From a virus, in the IMG/VR virus record IMGVR_UViG_3300025668_000798, positions 1-64,000 of that record: DNA of 64,000 nt. One strand, given 5' to 3'. This document shows, one piece after another, positions 29,558 to 39,138 of this stretch; positions within the stretch are counted from its first letter, which is position 1, and each line of letters starts with the position of its first letter. Position numbers and translations under genes: made by a program. The notes beneath the pieces were generated by a model, which did not search any database, was not told where the DNA came from, and saw only the letters and a list, made by a program, of their open reading frames with translations.

Positions 29558-30374
29558 TAATAATTCTCTCTAAACTTATTTTATTCATAATATGAACATT
29601 TTGCTTGTTTGTTTTTAACCCCGTATACTGTCCTATATGTGATTGTTTTTCTATAAGAAATAACATTGTATCATTGTCTATATTATCAACAATGTCTCTA
29701 TCTGTAATAAAGTATTTCTTACCTGGAAGCGAAGCTATTTTTAGTTCATCTGTAAAACCATTCAATGTGTGAGCAGCAATACTAAAAGCAAAATCGTTTC
29801 TATACAAAGGAGATATTATTTGATATAGACTTTTATAGTGTGTATAATTTTCTCTAACATGTTTTACTAAGTCAAAGAAACATTGTGCTTGCTTGCACTT
29901 TTTAAAGTAAACAACTGTGGCCCAATAAAATTTTATACTTGTATCAGTTACCCTATCAAATTCTGTTAACTTTCTCCAATGACACAAATCTACAGCATTG
30001 CTATACATCATTAGATTTTGATTAGATCCAAAGCAGTTGTTTAAACTATCGTTGGCAAGTATAAAATCAGTGTCCATTACAATAGTTTCGTCAAACGGTG
30101 ATAAATCATATGCATTATATCTATCAGCATTATTAAAATTTGACATCGAAGAAGCCATATTACCATCGCGAAACTTTCGACTATTTTCAGATACACTTGG
30201 TTCTAATTTAATAACATGCTCAAAAAAATCAATACGTGAATCATCTGTCATATCAGTAGCAATTGCAACCGGAACATCTAAATACTTTTTAATACGTTCT
30301 GCACAATATATAGCTTGTTTAATATAATCTAATGCTTTGTTTTTTTTGGCAAAAAGTAAAACGCCTTTGCTCAT
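29550..30374 (-). CDS. Glycosyltransferase (GT8-like)
   Basis: GVLLFA, SPFDETIVMDTDFI (DxD), RNDFAFSIA, VHIMNK; tandem paralog of 28718..29557. Confidence 0.72.
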   Translation of the reverse strand: MSKGVLLFAKKNKALDYIKQAIYCAERIKKYLDVPVAIATDMTDDSRIDFFEHVIKLEPSVSENSRKFRDGNMASSMSNFNNADRYNAYDLSPFDETIVMDTDFILANDSLNNCFGSNQNLMMYSNAVDLCHWRKLTEFDRVTDTSIKFYWATVVYFKKCKQAQCFFDLVKHVRENYTHYKSLYQIISPLYRNDFAFSIAAHTLNGFTDELKIASLPGKKYFITDRDIVDNIDNDTMLFLIEKQSHIGQYTGLKTNKQNVHIMNKISLERIING

Positions 30375-30718
30375 AAATCTAGTATACCTTCAACACTTCT
30401 TTTGCTTTTTATTTTGTTGTATTCAACAAAGTATTCATTAGATGCTGTAAAATATGTATTTAAAATATTTTGATAGAAATCTTCTAAATTTGCAATCTCA
30501 ACAGGAATATCATTATCGTCGCTGATAATCACAGACTGCTGATCACTATCAATTAAACTTTTGATAAAATTAATCAACTCTCGCGATACTGTAAAGGTTG
30601 CGCCGTTAAAATAGTACACAAGATTTTCGTAATACTTTTCTTTTAAAATGCGTGTTTGATTGTTTAATGTAACCATATAGTTACTAATATCTAATGCTTT
30701 TTCAAGCCGCTCGTCCAT
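30371..30718 (-). CDS. Hypothetical protein (possible tail-fibre assembly factor)
   Basis: 115-aa ORF with GGAGG SD; first gene of the GT operon, adjacent to structural genes. Confidence 0.6.
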   Translation of the reverse strand: MDERLEKALDISNYMVTLNNQTRILKEKYYENLVYYFNGATFTVSRELINFIKSLIDSDQQSVIISDDNDIPVEIANLEDFYQNILNTYFTASNEYFVEYNKIKSKRSVEGILDL

Positions 30719-30741
30719 AAAAAACCTCCATATATACTGCT

Positions 30742-30770
30742 AGTATATATTATTGTTAGATAATTGTCAA
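30742..30770 (-). promoter_or_regulatory. sigma70-type promoter
   Basis: TTGACA (30770-30765), 17 nt, TATACT (30747-30742); -10 lies in one arm of the inverted repeat TATATACT-GCT-AGTATATA. Confidence 0.7.
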
Positions 30771-30781
30771 CCGATATATGA

Positions 30782-31840
30782 TTAAGTTACACTAGGACCG
30801 TTTGACGAAAAGCCAGGTCTGATTGCGTTACCGCCTAATGTAAAATCAGTGTCCGTAGTACCGTCATTTAATGTAATAGTACTATCAGGATAATATTGAG
30901 TCCATGTAATTTGTACGTTAGCAGTAACAGGTTCATCTACTGGAGTACTTTCAGGACCATCGGCAGGATCACCTGTGCCTGCATCGTTATCGTTTAATCT
31001 TACTTGTAAAGTTACACGATTAAAACTATCAATAACTGCTAATCTTATTTCAATTTGGTTATCATTGTAAATGCTTCCTGCACCAATTTTTGTGTACTTG
31101 GTAGTTAGAGCTATATCGTCAGTAATATTAGGAGTGGCTGTAATCGAGCCTGTTCCACTGTTACTTAAACTCTCTACTACCCATTCCCATCCGGTGCCTG
31201 CAGAATCAGGACGAACATATAATCTTACTGTACCCATATTTGATGCCATTGTTTGCCAGTTTAAGTTTTTTTCATAACTAGCTTGTCCTACACTACCAAT
31301 AGCATCAATATCAATATTTACACGTAGTTCGCCGCCGAGGGTGAAATATTCCTCCATATCCGATTGAGTAGACCATGTGAAAACGTTACTACCTGTTATA
31401 AAGTTCCACTGTGCAGTTACCTCGTCTATGTCTGTTACAACTGTGCCAAAGTCTCCACCAAACTCCGTTGTACGTCTATCAAACGATGCACATGCATTTG
31501 CAAGATCATATAATCCTTTAACATCCCCAGCATCACCCCAATCTGCCCATTCAATTACTTGACCAGTTTGTAAACCAGGATATGTAGTTCCGCTTGATAT
31601 TGTTTTTATAGCTCCGGTTTGATGATAGTGTATAAGCTGACCTACACTGAATAATCTTTCGACATCTGCTGACAATACACTATCGCTAGTAGCAATATTA
31701 TTGCCTCCTGTTACACTATTAGGAATGTCATTAGCACCAGTTCCGGATGCAAACCCATATTGACCTGGTCCAAAATTGTTCAATAATATTGATCTAATGT
31801 TATTAAAATCTGCTGCACTAATCGAACTGCCTACGGCCAT
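30782..31840 (-). CDS. Virion structural protein (tail/fibre associated), paralog of 32840..33736
   Basis: G/S/T/D-rich; shares F..GG.., W..M.SN.G.V, IY.[DN]N..EI and P.DE.V..N. with paralog; ATG 31840 after GGAG. Confidence 0.6.
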   Translation of the reverse strand: MAVGSSISAADFNNIRSILLNNFGPGQYGFASGTGANDIPNSVTGGNNIATSDSVLSADVERLFSVGQLIHYHQTGAIKTISSGTTYPGLQTGQVIEWADWGDAGDVKGLYDLANACASFDRRTTEFGGDFGTVVTDIDEVTAQWNFITGSNVFTWSTQSDMEEYFTLGGELRVNIDIDAIGSVGQASYEKNLNWQTMASNMGTVRLYVRPDSAGTGWEWVVESLSNSGTGSITATPNITDDIALTTKYTKIGAGSIYNDNQIEIRLAVIDSFNRVTLQVRLNDNDAGTGDPADGPESTPVDEPVTANVQITWTQYYPDSTITLNDGTTDTDFTLGGNAIRPGFSSNGPSVT

Positions 31841-31864
31841 AATTGTCTCCACCTACTTTTTTAT

Positions 31865-31905
31865 AGTATAACTTATTTATCTGTGTTTTGTCAAGTGGTT
31901 AAATA
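31865..31905. promoter_or_regulatory. Divergent promoter region
   Basis: Minus strand: TTGACA, 18 nt, TATACT (31894-31865) with TAAATA nested at 31879-31874. Plus strand: TAAATA at 31900-31905. Confidence 0.55.
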
Positions 31906-31906
31906 C

Positions 31907-32869
31907 ATGATGCAACGCTTTGAATATCAAAAGTCACGTGATTTTGTTTACATAGATTGGGATATGAGTAGTAGATGCAACTATGCTTGTGCATACTGTG
32001 AACCTGCTGCACATGATGGTAAATTTGACTTTCCTACCATAGATAACGCAAAACTACTAGTAGATAAAATTACTAAAACATATACAGATAAGTTTGCTGT
32101 ATATAATTTATTTGGTGGCGAGCCAACTATATGGAGACAAATACCAAACTTTTTTGAATATGTAAAAAAAGCAAATATAAAAAATAAAGTACAATTGCTT
32201 ACAAACGGCAACAAAACAAAAAAATGGTGGCTACGTAATAAAAATAATATTGATAGTGTAGTTGTTAGTGTTCATGTAGCACAAGTAGATATAGTTGAAT
32301 TAGTAGAAAAATTTAATGCGTGTGCAGGTTACTTTGATATACATTTTCAAATATGCATGGACATAGAAAATTTTGATTTAGCAGTTGAACAATACGATTA
32401 TTGTTTTGCAAATTTACACAAATACATTAGATTAGATTATAAACCTCTACGTATTAGTTTGGACCAAGCTGAATCTATGCCTTACACTAAAACACAAATA
32501 GAAACTATGAAATCCTTTGTAAAATTAGATGGAGTAAAAAAAGATAATTACGGCGTAACAATGGTTGACGAAAATAAAAATCCTGTTAACTTACAAAAAT
32601 TATTATTAGAAAAAAAGAATAAATTTAAAAACTGGGCGTGTTGGATTGGCATAGACACACTTAATATCACTAGAGAAGGCAATGTTACAATCGGTAGCCA
32701 GTGCTTTCCTAATTTTGTATTAGGTAGTATACACAATTTAGATTTTGATATTCCGTATCTACCTATAAAATGTCAATATGAATATTGTAGTTGTTTAACA
32801 GACTTAACAACTAAAAAAATAAAAAATTATAATGGTAAATTATTCGAAGACAGTAATATTGTTGTATGA
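31907..32869 (+). CDS. Radical SAM protein with C-terminal Cys-rich (twitch/SPASM-like) domain
   Basis: DWDMSSRCNYACAYC, GGEPT, LTNG, VSVH, C-terminal CWIG...C...C..YCSC; ATG start at 31907. Confidence 0.87.
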   Translation: MMQRFEYQKSRDFVYIDWDMSSRCNYACAYCEPAAHDGKFDFPTIDNAKLLVDKITKTYTDKFAVYNLFGGEPTIWRQIPNFFEYVKKANIKNKVQLLTNGNKTKKWWLRNKNNIDSVVVSVHVAQVDIVELVEKFNACAGYFDIHFQICMDIENFDLAVEQYDYCFANLHKYIRLDYKPLRISLDQAESMPYTKTQIETMKSFVKLDGVKKDNYGVTMVDENKNPVNLQKLLLEKKNKFKNWACWIGIDTLNITREGNVTIGSQCFPNFVLGSIHNLDFDIPYLPIKCQYEYCSCLTDLTTKKIKNYNGKLFEDSNIVV

Positions 32870-33736
32870 AGGTGTTGGTATTTCAACATAACTGCCAGTT
32901 GGCCTATTTTGTCTAACATAGCTGGTTATATTACCGTTTACTACTTCGTCAATTGGTCCAGCGCCGTCAGGATCTGTACCAACAGATTCGTCAGCTAATA
33001 CTATTTTAAAATAAATTACATTTGCATCTTTACGAGCAAAGATTTCTAAATCATTATTAGTATAAATTCCACTACCTAACTTCTCATATATTTTTACATA
33101 AGTATTTGTTAGGTCATAAATTCCAGTATTACTTTGAGCTGAGCCAGAACCAGTAACTTGTGTACCAGTGTAATCTATTGTCACGTTGCCAATATTTGAT
33201 AACATAGTTTCCCAGCCTTGAGATTTATCATCTGCGCCAACTGAGGTCATTGTAAATGACATTTCTATATTGCCGCCTGCGTTAAAAAATGCGTTTAAAT
33301 TATTTTGCTCTGCAAATGTAACGGAAAATTCATGAGTAATTGATTGCGGTGTACCAGTACCGCCCCAAGTACTTGTTCTAGAACTATCTATACCTGCAGG
33401 TTCACCTGTAATTTGAGATGAATCTACATCAAATCTATTAGCAAAAAGCAAAGGATAAAGTGTTTCGTATGCAACATATAGAGCTTCGGTAATTTCATTT
33501 TGATCAGTTACATTACTAATAGTAGCTGGCAAAGTGCCATTTTGATGTGCATATACAGCTACATAATCATTGTATAGTTTATTCATATCTTCTGCATAAA
33601 CTATTCTAGTCTTAGGTAATCTTTGACTTTCAACTGTTTGGTTATATCCAGAATCTCCCGAAGGTATTCCTAAAATATTTTCAATAGCTTCAAATAAAAC
33701 ATTGTATCTATATGCTGAAATTATCTGGTTAACCAT
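32840..33736 (-). CDS. Virion structural protein (tail/fibre associated)
   Basis: Paralog of 30782..31840; follows the fibre genes. Confidence 0.6.
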   Translation of the reverse strand: MVNQIISAYRYNVLFEAIENILGIPSGDSGYNQTVESQRLPKTRIVYAEDMNKLYNDYVAVYAHQNGTLPATISNVTDQNEITEALYVAYETLYPLLFANRFDVDSSQITGEPAGIDSSRTSTWGGTGTPQSITHEFSVTFAEQNNLNAFFNAGGNIEMSFTMTSVGADDKSQGWETMLSNIGNVTIDYTGTQVTGSGSAQSNTGIYDLTNTYVKIYEKLGSGIYTNNDLEIFARKDANVIYFKIVLADESVGTDPDGAGPIDEVVNGNITSYVRQNRPTGSYVEIPTPSYNNITVFE

Positions 33737-33760
33737 GCTCTTTTCCTTTGTATATAATAC

Positions 33761-35272
33761 TTATGTTTTTAAAACACATTCGACTAATTTTTCTTCTTCG
33801 GCTTCGTTGCTTTCTAGAGCTACTCCAATAAATGCAGTTGTTTGTACTGTTGTGCATACTCCGTCTTCCCAAGCATATACACCTTGACCTTTTTTTACTG
33901 CACCTTTAACACGTACAGGCAAACGACCTTTTAAACCAATGTATTGTCCTTCGGCTTCACTGTTCATCATGTACGCTGGATCTGTTGATACTACACCAAT
34001 AGCTATACTGCTAGACTTAGCAGGACCTACTTCATGATCTGTATCGCTGCATACTGCAACTGCGGTACCTGGTGCTAGTTCTTCGCTTGTTGTATATTTT
34101 TCTGCTAAGTCAGCATATCTAGCTCTACTTGCAACTCCGACAAATTCTACAGCATAAACTTTTTGGTCTGCGTCTCGTGCTACTACTGTATCTGCTGAAC
34201 TTGCTGTTGTTGCGCTTACATAACTAGATCCTAATTTTACAGTATCGGCTTTATCTGCAATACCCTTAAAATTGTTAGCCCATACAGCGTTCCATTTATT
34301 GGTTTCAATTCCTAATGTATAGGAATCTGTTGCGCCAGGTAATATACCTTTTCTTTCGTTATTGTTTATAACCTTTGCTATCACTGTTGCAGAAACATCT
34401 GTGTTTAATTTTGCACCAAGTCTAACTTCTTCGCCAACAGTATTTTCAATATAGCCTACATTGCCGTCGACAACTCTAACTGCTAAGTCATTACTATCCC
34501 CGACTCTCAATCCTACATCGTCAAAAGTTACTAGGCTTGTAAAGTCTGTTTCGTTTACTGTAATATAATCAGCAGCAGGAATACCGCCTAAACGTAAAGT
34601 ATCGCTTGTTGTTGCCCATATTACAGGCTCGTTTGCATTACCAGCATTAGTAGTAATACCATTTGTATCAGTATTGATTAGTGTGATACCTTTTTTAATT
34701 TTTTGGAAATTAGAACTATTTACACCAACAGGAACATTTGAATCTTGTGTAGATTTTAGAGTAAATTCTTCGTCGCTAATTATAAATTGTACATTATCGT
34801 TTACTAATGCTACAATTACAGGTTTAGTAACGCTTCCGGTATCAACAACTTCTATACTTCTCATTTGAGTTTGTCCGCTACCTGCGGCTTGTGGCCCTAC
34901 TAAGACAAAGTCATCTTGTGACGTTCTTGCATAAACTTGATTGGTTTCATTGTTAAACCAAAAGTCTCCTACTGTTAGCCCTGATGGTGCGCTACTACTT
35001 ACTTCAGCACCTCCGGTATTTTTCCATTGATTGCCTGTGTAAAATTTCAACTTGTTTAATGATGCATCAAACCAAATTTGTCCACTTATTGCCTTTGTTG
35101 GTGCTACTGTTCCAGAAAAGTTTTCTAACAAAAACAAATAGTTTTCGTTTTGTATTTCTCCGTAACCACTATAGTTCTTACCAACAAATTTAATATCTGT
35201 GGTATTATCAACTGTACCGTCTTCAACTGATAGCAGTTGTGTACCGTTAAATTTATTAATTATATATGCCAT
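33761..35272 (-). CDS. Tail fibre protein with C-terminal intramolecular chaperone-like domain
   Basis: Shared MAY.IN...LLENF...GQIWFD N-terminus; C-terminal YADLAEKY...GVVSTDPAYMMN...GRLPVRV.G.V.KG. Confidence 0.7.
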   Translation of the reverse strand: MAYIINKFNGTQLLSVEDGTVDNTTDIKFVGKNYSGYGEIQNENYLFLLENFSGTVAPTKAISGQIWFDASLNKLKFYTGNQWKNTGGAEVSSSAPSGLTVGDFWFNNETNQVYARTSQDDFVLVGPQAAGSGQTQMRSIEVVDTGSVTKPVIVALVNDNVQFIISDEEFTLKSTQDSNVPVGVNSSNFQKIKKGITLINTDTNGITTNAGNANEPVIWATTSDTLRLGGIPAADYITVNETDFTSLVTFDDVGLRVGDSNDLAVRVVDGNVGYIENTVGEEVRLGAKLNTDVSATVIAKVINNNERKGILPGATDSYTLGIETNKWNAVWANNFKGIADKADTVKLGSSYVSATTASSADTVVARDADQKVYAVEFVGVASRARYADLAEKYTTSEELAPGTAVAVCSDTDHEVGPAKSSSIAIGVVSTDPAYMMNSEAEGQYIGLKGRLPVRVKGAVKKGQGVYAWEDGVCTTVQTTAFIGVALESNEAEEEKLVECVLKT

Positions 35273-35305
35273 TGACGATTTCCTTACTCTACACTATATT
35301 TATGC

Positions 35306-37138
35306 TTATACTGCCGAACTTACCGTGCTGCTATATGTCCAAGCATTGCTGGCGTTCACACTATAAGTCATTATTGTTCTAGTATAAGTTGTTGTTACTG
35401 TTGTTGATACACTTGCTATACTAAAGTCACTTACTACCGATTGGTTCTGTACACCGTTACTATCAACGCTAACAAACGTTTTACTAACTGCACTATTTAC
35501 ATCAATCGGGTCTGTACTTGAACTACTTGCTACACAATAAACCTTTGCTACTGTGCCTACTTCTGCTTGTGCTGCTGGTGACAATTCATCTAAAACTGTT
35601 CCTACATTTGCTTGTAACGTTACACCCGTTCCCATTCCATCTGTAACAAGACTAAAAAATAGTGGTTGTGCATTAAGAGCAGTATCTACATATCCCTTTG
35701 TAGCAGCGTCCGTTGATGTTGTTGGTGCAGATAGATTTGCTATTTTTTGCTGGGTTACTAATTGAATTGTACCTGCGCTTTCAATTTGTAAACCTTGTAT
35801 CCTACTTTTTATTCTGTTACCATCTATGTCGATGTTATCTACTGTAAGAAATCCTAACGTACCGATATTTGTAAGTCCCGGTGCACTTACAACTGTACTA
35901 GATAAGGCATTTGCACTTAAAATATTATTACCATCAATCTTATATGCATAATTAGCAGGAATATCAATATTACTCGAACTTGTCCAACTATCAGTTGCAA
36001 GTTCCCAAGTCCAGTATTTGTCATCGCCCGATGCTCTAATTGCAATACCAGCACCATCTACATCTGCTTCCTCTAACAACGTACTGTCGCTTGTAATAGC
36101 TAATTCTATTAACTTATCTTCTACACGTAAATTAGCAACATCTAAGTTTGTTGTATCGCCTTCGACTCTTAAATTTCCTGTTATTCTTGCATCGCCAGTT
36201 ACATCTAAATTATATTCTGGATCTGTTTTAAATATACCAACACGTTGATTTATTGTATCAATATGAATAGCATCTACTACATCAGGAGCTAAGTCACCGT
36301 TGGTATCAACCTTGACTTGTATTTTTATATCAGTGTCTTCGGTTTCTGCCTTGATCAAAATATCAGAACCTGTGGCTATTCTAACTAAAGGACTTTGTCC
36401 TATAACAATGCCGTTGTTGTTATAAAAGTTAATTTCTGCACTAGTCGTATCTTGCCCTTGACCAGATTGTGTTGTTAAGAAGTCATTTTGTGTATATTCT
36501 ACACCAAGACTATCAGTTAGTTTTAAACTGTTTGCTGCTGTTCCGTAGAATTGAAAATTAAATAAACTGCTTATGTTTGTTCCAATTTTTATATCAGTAA
36601 ACCCTGTCTTTGGAATAGCAGGAGTAAATGCTGTTTTACTATGTATTAATACTAGACTTCCATTAATAAATTCTTCTGTAATGGTTTGATTTGTGCCTGT
36701 TGTATCTCTTATAGTTTCTATGAACTGACCTGATTTTAATTGACTTGTATTATAAGTTGGCCCTACAAGTTGTATGCCGCTATCGGTAGCAAAATACATT
36801 TGTTGATTAGCAGAGTCAATCCAAATATCGCCTTCAACTAATCCTGCTGGTTGTGTAGGTGTATAGGTACTGTTATCTGTACTCCTAAATGTTGTGCCGT
36901 TATAAACTTTTAATCTGTTTTCTCCAGTATCAAACCATAACTGCCCTTTTACAGGTTTACTAGGAGGTGCTGTATTAGCAAATGTTTCTAAAAGTTTGAT
37001 AAAATTTTCATTTAAATATTCACCGAAGCCTTTATAATTCCTACCAATAAAAGTTAAATTTGTACTATTTTCATCTATCTTGCCGTCTATTATTTCAGTA
37101 AGCAAAGTTCCATCTGTTTTGTTTAATTGATACGCCAT
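35306..37138 (-). CDS. Tail fibre protein
   Basis: Shared N-terminal module; RVGI...P.Y.LDVTG and DAATKGYVD fibre motifs. Confidence 0.72.
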   Translation of the reverse strand: MAYQLNKTDGTLLTEIIDGKIDENSTNLTFIGRNYKGFGEYLNENFIKLLETFANTAPPSKPVKGQLWFDTGENRLKVYNGTTFRSTDNSTYTPTQPAGLVEGDIWIDSANQQMYFATDSGIQLVGPTYNTSQLKSGQFIETIRDTTGTNQTITEEFINGSLVLIHSKTAFTPAIPKTGFTDIKIGTNISSLFNFQFYGTAANSLKLTDSLGVEYTQNDFLTTQSGQGQDTTSAEINFYNNNGIVIGQSPLVRIATGSDILIKAETEDTDIKIQVKVDTNGDLAPDVVDAIHIDTINQRVGIFKTDPEYNLDVTGDARITGNLRVEGDTTNLDVANLRVEDKLIELAITSDSTLLEEADVDGAGIAIRASGDDKYWTWELATDSWTSSSNIDIPANYAYKIDGNNILSANALSSTVVSAPGLTNIGTLGFLTVDNIDIDGNRIKSRIQGLQIESAGTIQLVTQQKIANLSAPTTSTDAATKGYVDTALNAQPLFFSLVTDGMGTGVTLQANVGTVLDELSPAAQAEVGTVAKVYCVASSSSTDPIDVNSAVSKTFVSVDSNGVQNQSVVSDFSIASVSTTVTTTYTRTIMTYSVNASNAWTYSSTVSSAV

Positions 37139-39138
37139 TATACTAGCACTCCATGATAAATTATGTAATTAATTGCAACATATGGCGGAGTAATGTCTAC
37201 AGAACTAGCCAATGTTGGATTATCAACGCCGCCAGTTTTTGTTATACCGCTTGCAGCAGTACTAGATATTTCTTGGTTGTAAACATCAACGTCTGTTTCT
37301 GCACTATTATCTACTTTACTAAGTGCATAATAAGTATCTCCACTGTCACTAGTTAATGTGTGTTTGTGGTCTGGTATGTTGTTAACATCTAGCGTAATGT
37401 TTTCTTCGCCGCCCACGCCGCCTAATTGTCCTATTGCAGGATCACTAATTAATCTATTAGGTCCAGAAAGTCCGTTGCTTATACCTGTTGGAAATCTTCC
37501 TCTAAGATCAGGAATTACGAAGAATGTAGCAGGATTGCTAGATGTGCCCCAATACCATGTATTGTTATCAGCAGCATCGTAGCCTATTGCAGTTGCTAGT
37601 AAAAAGTAATTTAACAAACTTTTTTCACTACCGTCACAAATAAACCAGCCTGTCGGTGCTGTTAATCCTGCATATGGAACCATTGTTCCTACAGGAATAA
37701 TTGGAATATTTGCAATTAAATTATTTTGTGTAATTTTCCTAAGACCAGTTCCGGGTCTGTTTATTAATATTTCATCAGCGCTCTCTGGCGTAGTTACAGC
37801 AGTTTTATCTGCAACAAAAGGTTGATTTATTTGTGTGTTAAATACTTTAGTTAAACCGCCTGTTTGTCCGTCAAATACTATTGTATTTGTACTACTAACT
37901 TCACCTGTCATACTAAATGACGTTGCACTAGTAAGTTTACCTGTACTTCCTGCACTACCCGTAACATTACCATTTACATCACCATCTAATGCACCTGTAA
38001 ATTTGTTTGCAAAAATGTTATTAAACTTATTTGCGTTAGTACCAATATTAGTTATACCAGCTTCGTCTGGAAAAACGTTGTCAGTAGTAAGCGAACCGCT
38101 CAATGACAAAGAACCAGCTATTGTTAAATTATCATTTAGGGTGGCAGCACCTGATACTGTTAACGTTCCTGCTGATACAATATTTCCTGTATTTTTAATA
38201 TTTCCTGTAACGTCTAATGCTTCATTAGGATCAGCAGTTGAAATACCAACATTACCATTATTTTTTATACGTATAGGAGTTATTTGTGTACCTTCGTTGT
38301 TTGTTCGTAAATCAAAAAATCCATTACTTTGAGCTTGGCTTATTATTGCAGTTGTGCCTTCAACTTCTAAAGCGATTGTACGTGTGTTACCAATTTCTAA
38401 TCCATCGTTTGTACGCACTGTAAACGGAAACGAAGTTATTGTAGCTTCGTCATTCCTTGTAAATTTATTACCATCAACAGGATTTCCATTTACAAGTAAC
38501 TGTTCAGCCTTGTCAGCAATGCCTTTAAATCTTCCAACTGTACCTGTAATGTTTGTAGAAACATTTATGCCAGGATATAATATACCAAATCCTGGTATTA
38601 ATATTTTTGGAGTAAACTGAGCACCTACAATTATACTAACTGCAACATTATCTACATAATTGATAATTGCTTGCCTATCTGTATTGTCGGTATCTGTAAT
38701 TACAACTGCTTTTGCACCAGTGTTTATACCGCCAGCAATTTCTGGCCCAACTAAGATCCATCCGCTTCCGCTATAAATGTATAATTGTTGTGTACCTGTA
38801 TTAACCCATATGTCGCCTAATACACTATTTGATATATCAGGCTCTGTTGTGCCTTTTTTAAGACCGCCTGCACTAACCCAATTGGTGCCATCATATACTT
38901 TTAACACATCATTTTGCGATGTATTATCATACCATAATTGTCCTTCGACAGGATTATTTGGAGGATTGTTATCTGCAAAATTTTCTAGTAAATGTAGAAA
39001 ATTTGTTAATACTGCTTCGCCAAAGTTTGTGGTATTTCTACCAGGCAGTCGTAAACTTGTATCTTGGTTTATATCGTTATCGATTACTTCGATACTTCCT
39101 TTGTTAACAGAATCAGTAAAGTTAATTTGGTATGCCAT
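37138..39138 (-). CDS. Tail fibre protein with tail-collar domain
   Basis: PVGTMVPYAG..PTGWFICDG...PDLRGRFP...PPYVAINYII collar/tip motifs. Confidence 0.82.
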   Translation of the reverse strand: MAYQINFTDSVNKGSIEVIDNDINQDTSLRLPGRNTTNFGEAVLTNFLHLLENFADNNPPNNPVEGQLWYDNTSQNDVLKVYDGTNWVSAGGLKKGTTEPDISNSVLGDIWVNTGTQQLYIYSGSGWILVGPEIAGGINTGAKAVVITDTDNTDRQAIINYVDNVAVSIIVGAQFTPKILIPGFGILYPGINVSTNITGTVGRFKGIADKAEQLLVNGNPVDGNKFTRNDEATITSFPFTVRTNDGLEIGNTRTIALEVEGTTAIISQAQSNGFFDLRTNNEGTQITPIRIKNNGNVGISTADPNEALDVTGNIKNTGNIVSAGTLTVSGAATLNDNLTIAGSLSLSGSLTTDNVFPDEAGITNIGTNANKFNNIFANKFTGALDGDVNGNVTGSAGSTGKLTSATSFSMTGEVSSTNTIVFDGQTGGLTKVFNTQINQPFVADKTAVTTPESADEILINRPGTGLRKITQNNLIANIPIIPVGTMVPYAGLTAPTGWFICDGSEKSLLNYFLLATAIGYDAADNNTWYWGTSSNPATFFVIPDLRGRFPTGISNGLSGPNRLISDPAIGQLGGVGGEENITLDVNNIPDHKHTLTSDSGDTYYALSKVDNSAETDVDVYNQEISSTAASGITKTGGVDNPTLASSVDITPPYVAINYIIYHGVLV

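Noticed and set aside
33761-39138. Diversity-generating retroelement or invertible tail-fibre cassette
   Set aside because: No reverse transcriptase, recombinase or near-identical TR/VR pair seen in the window
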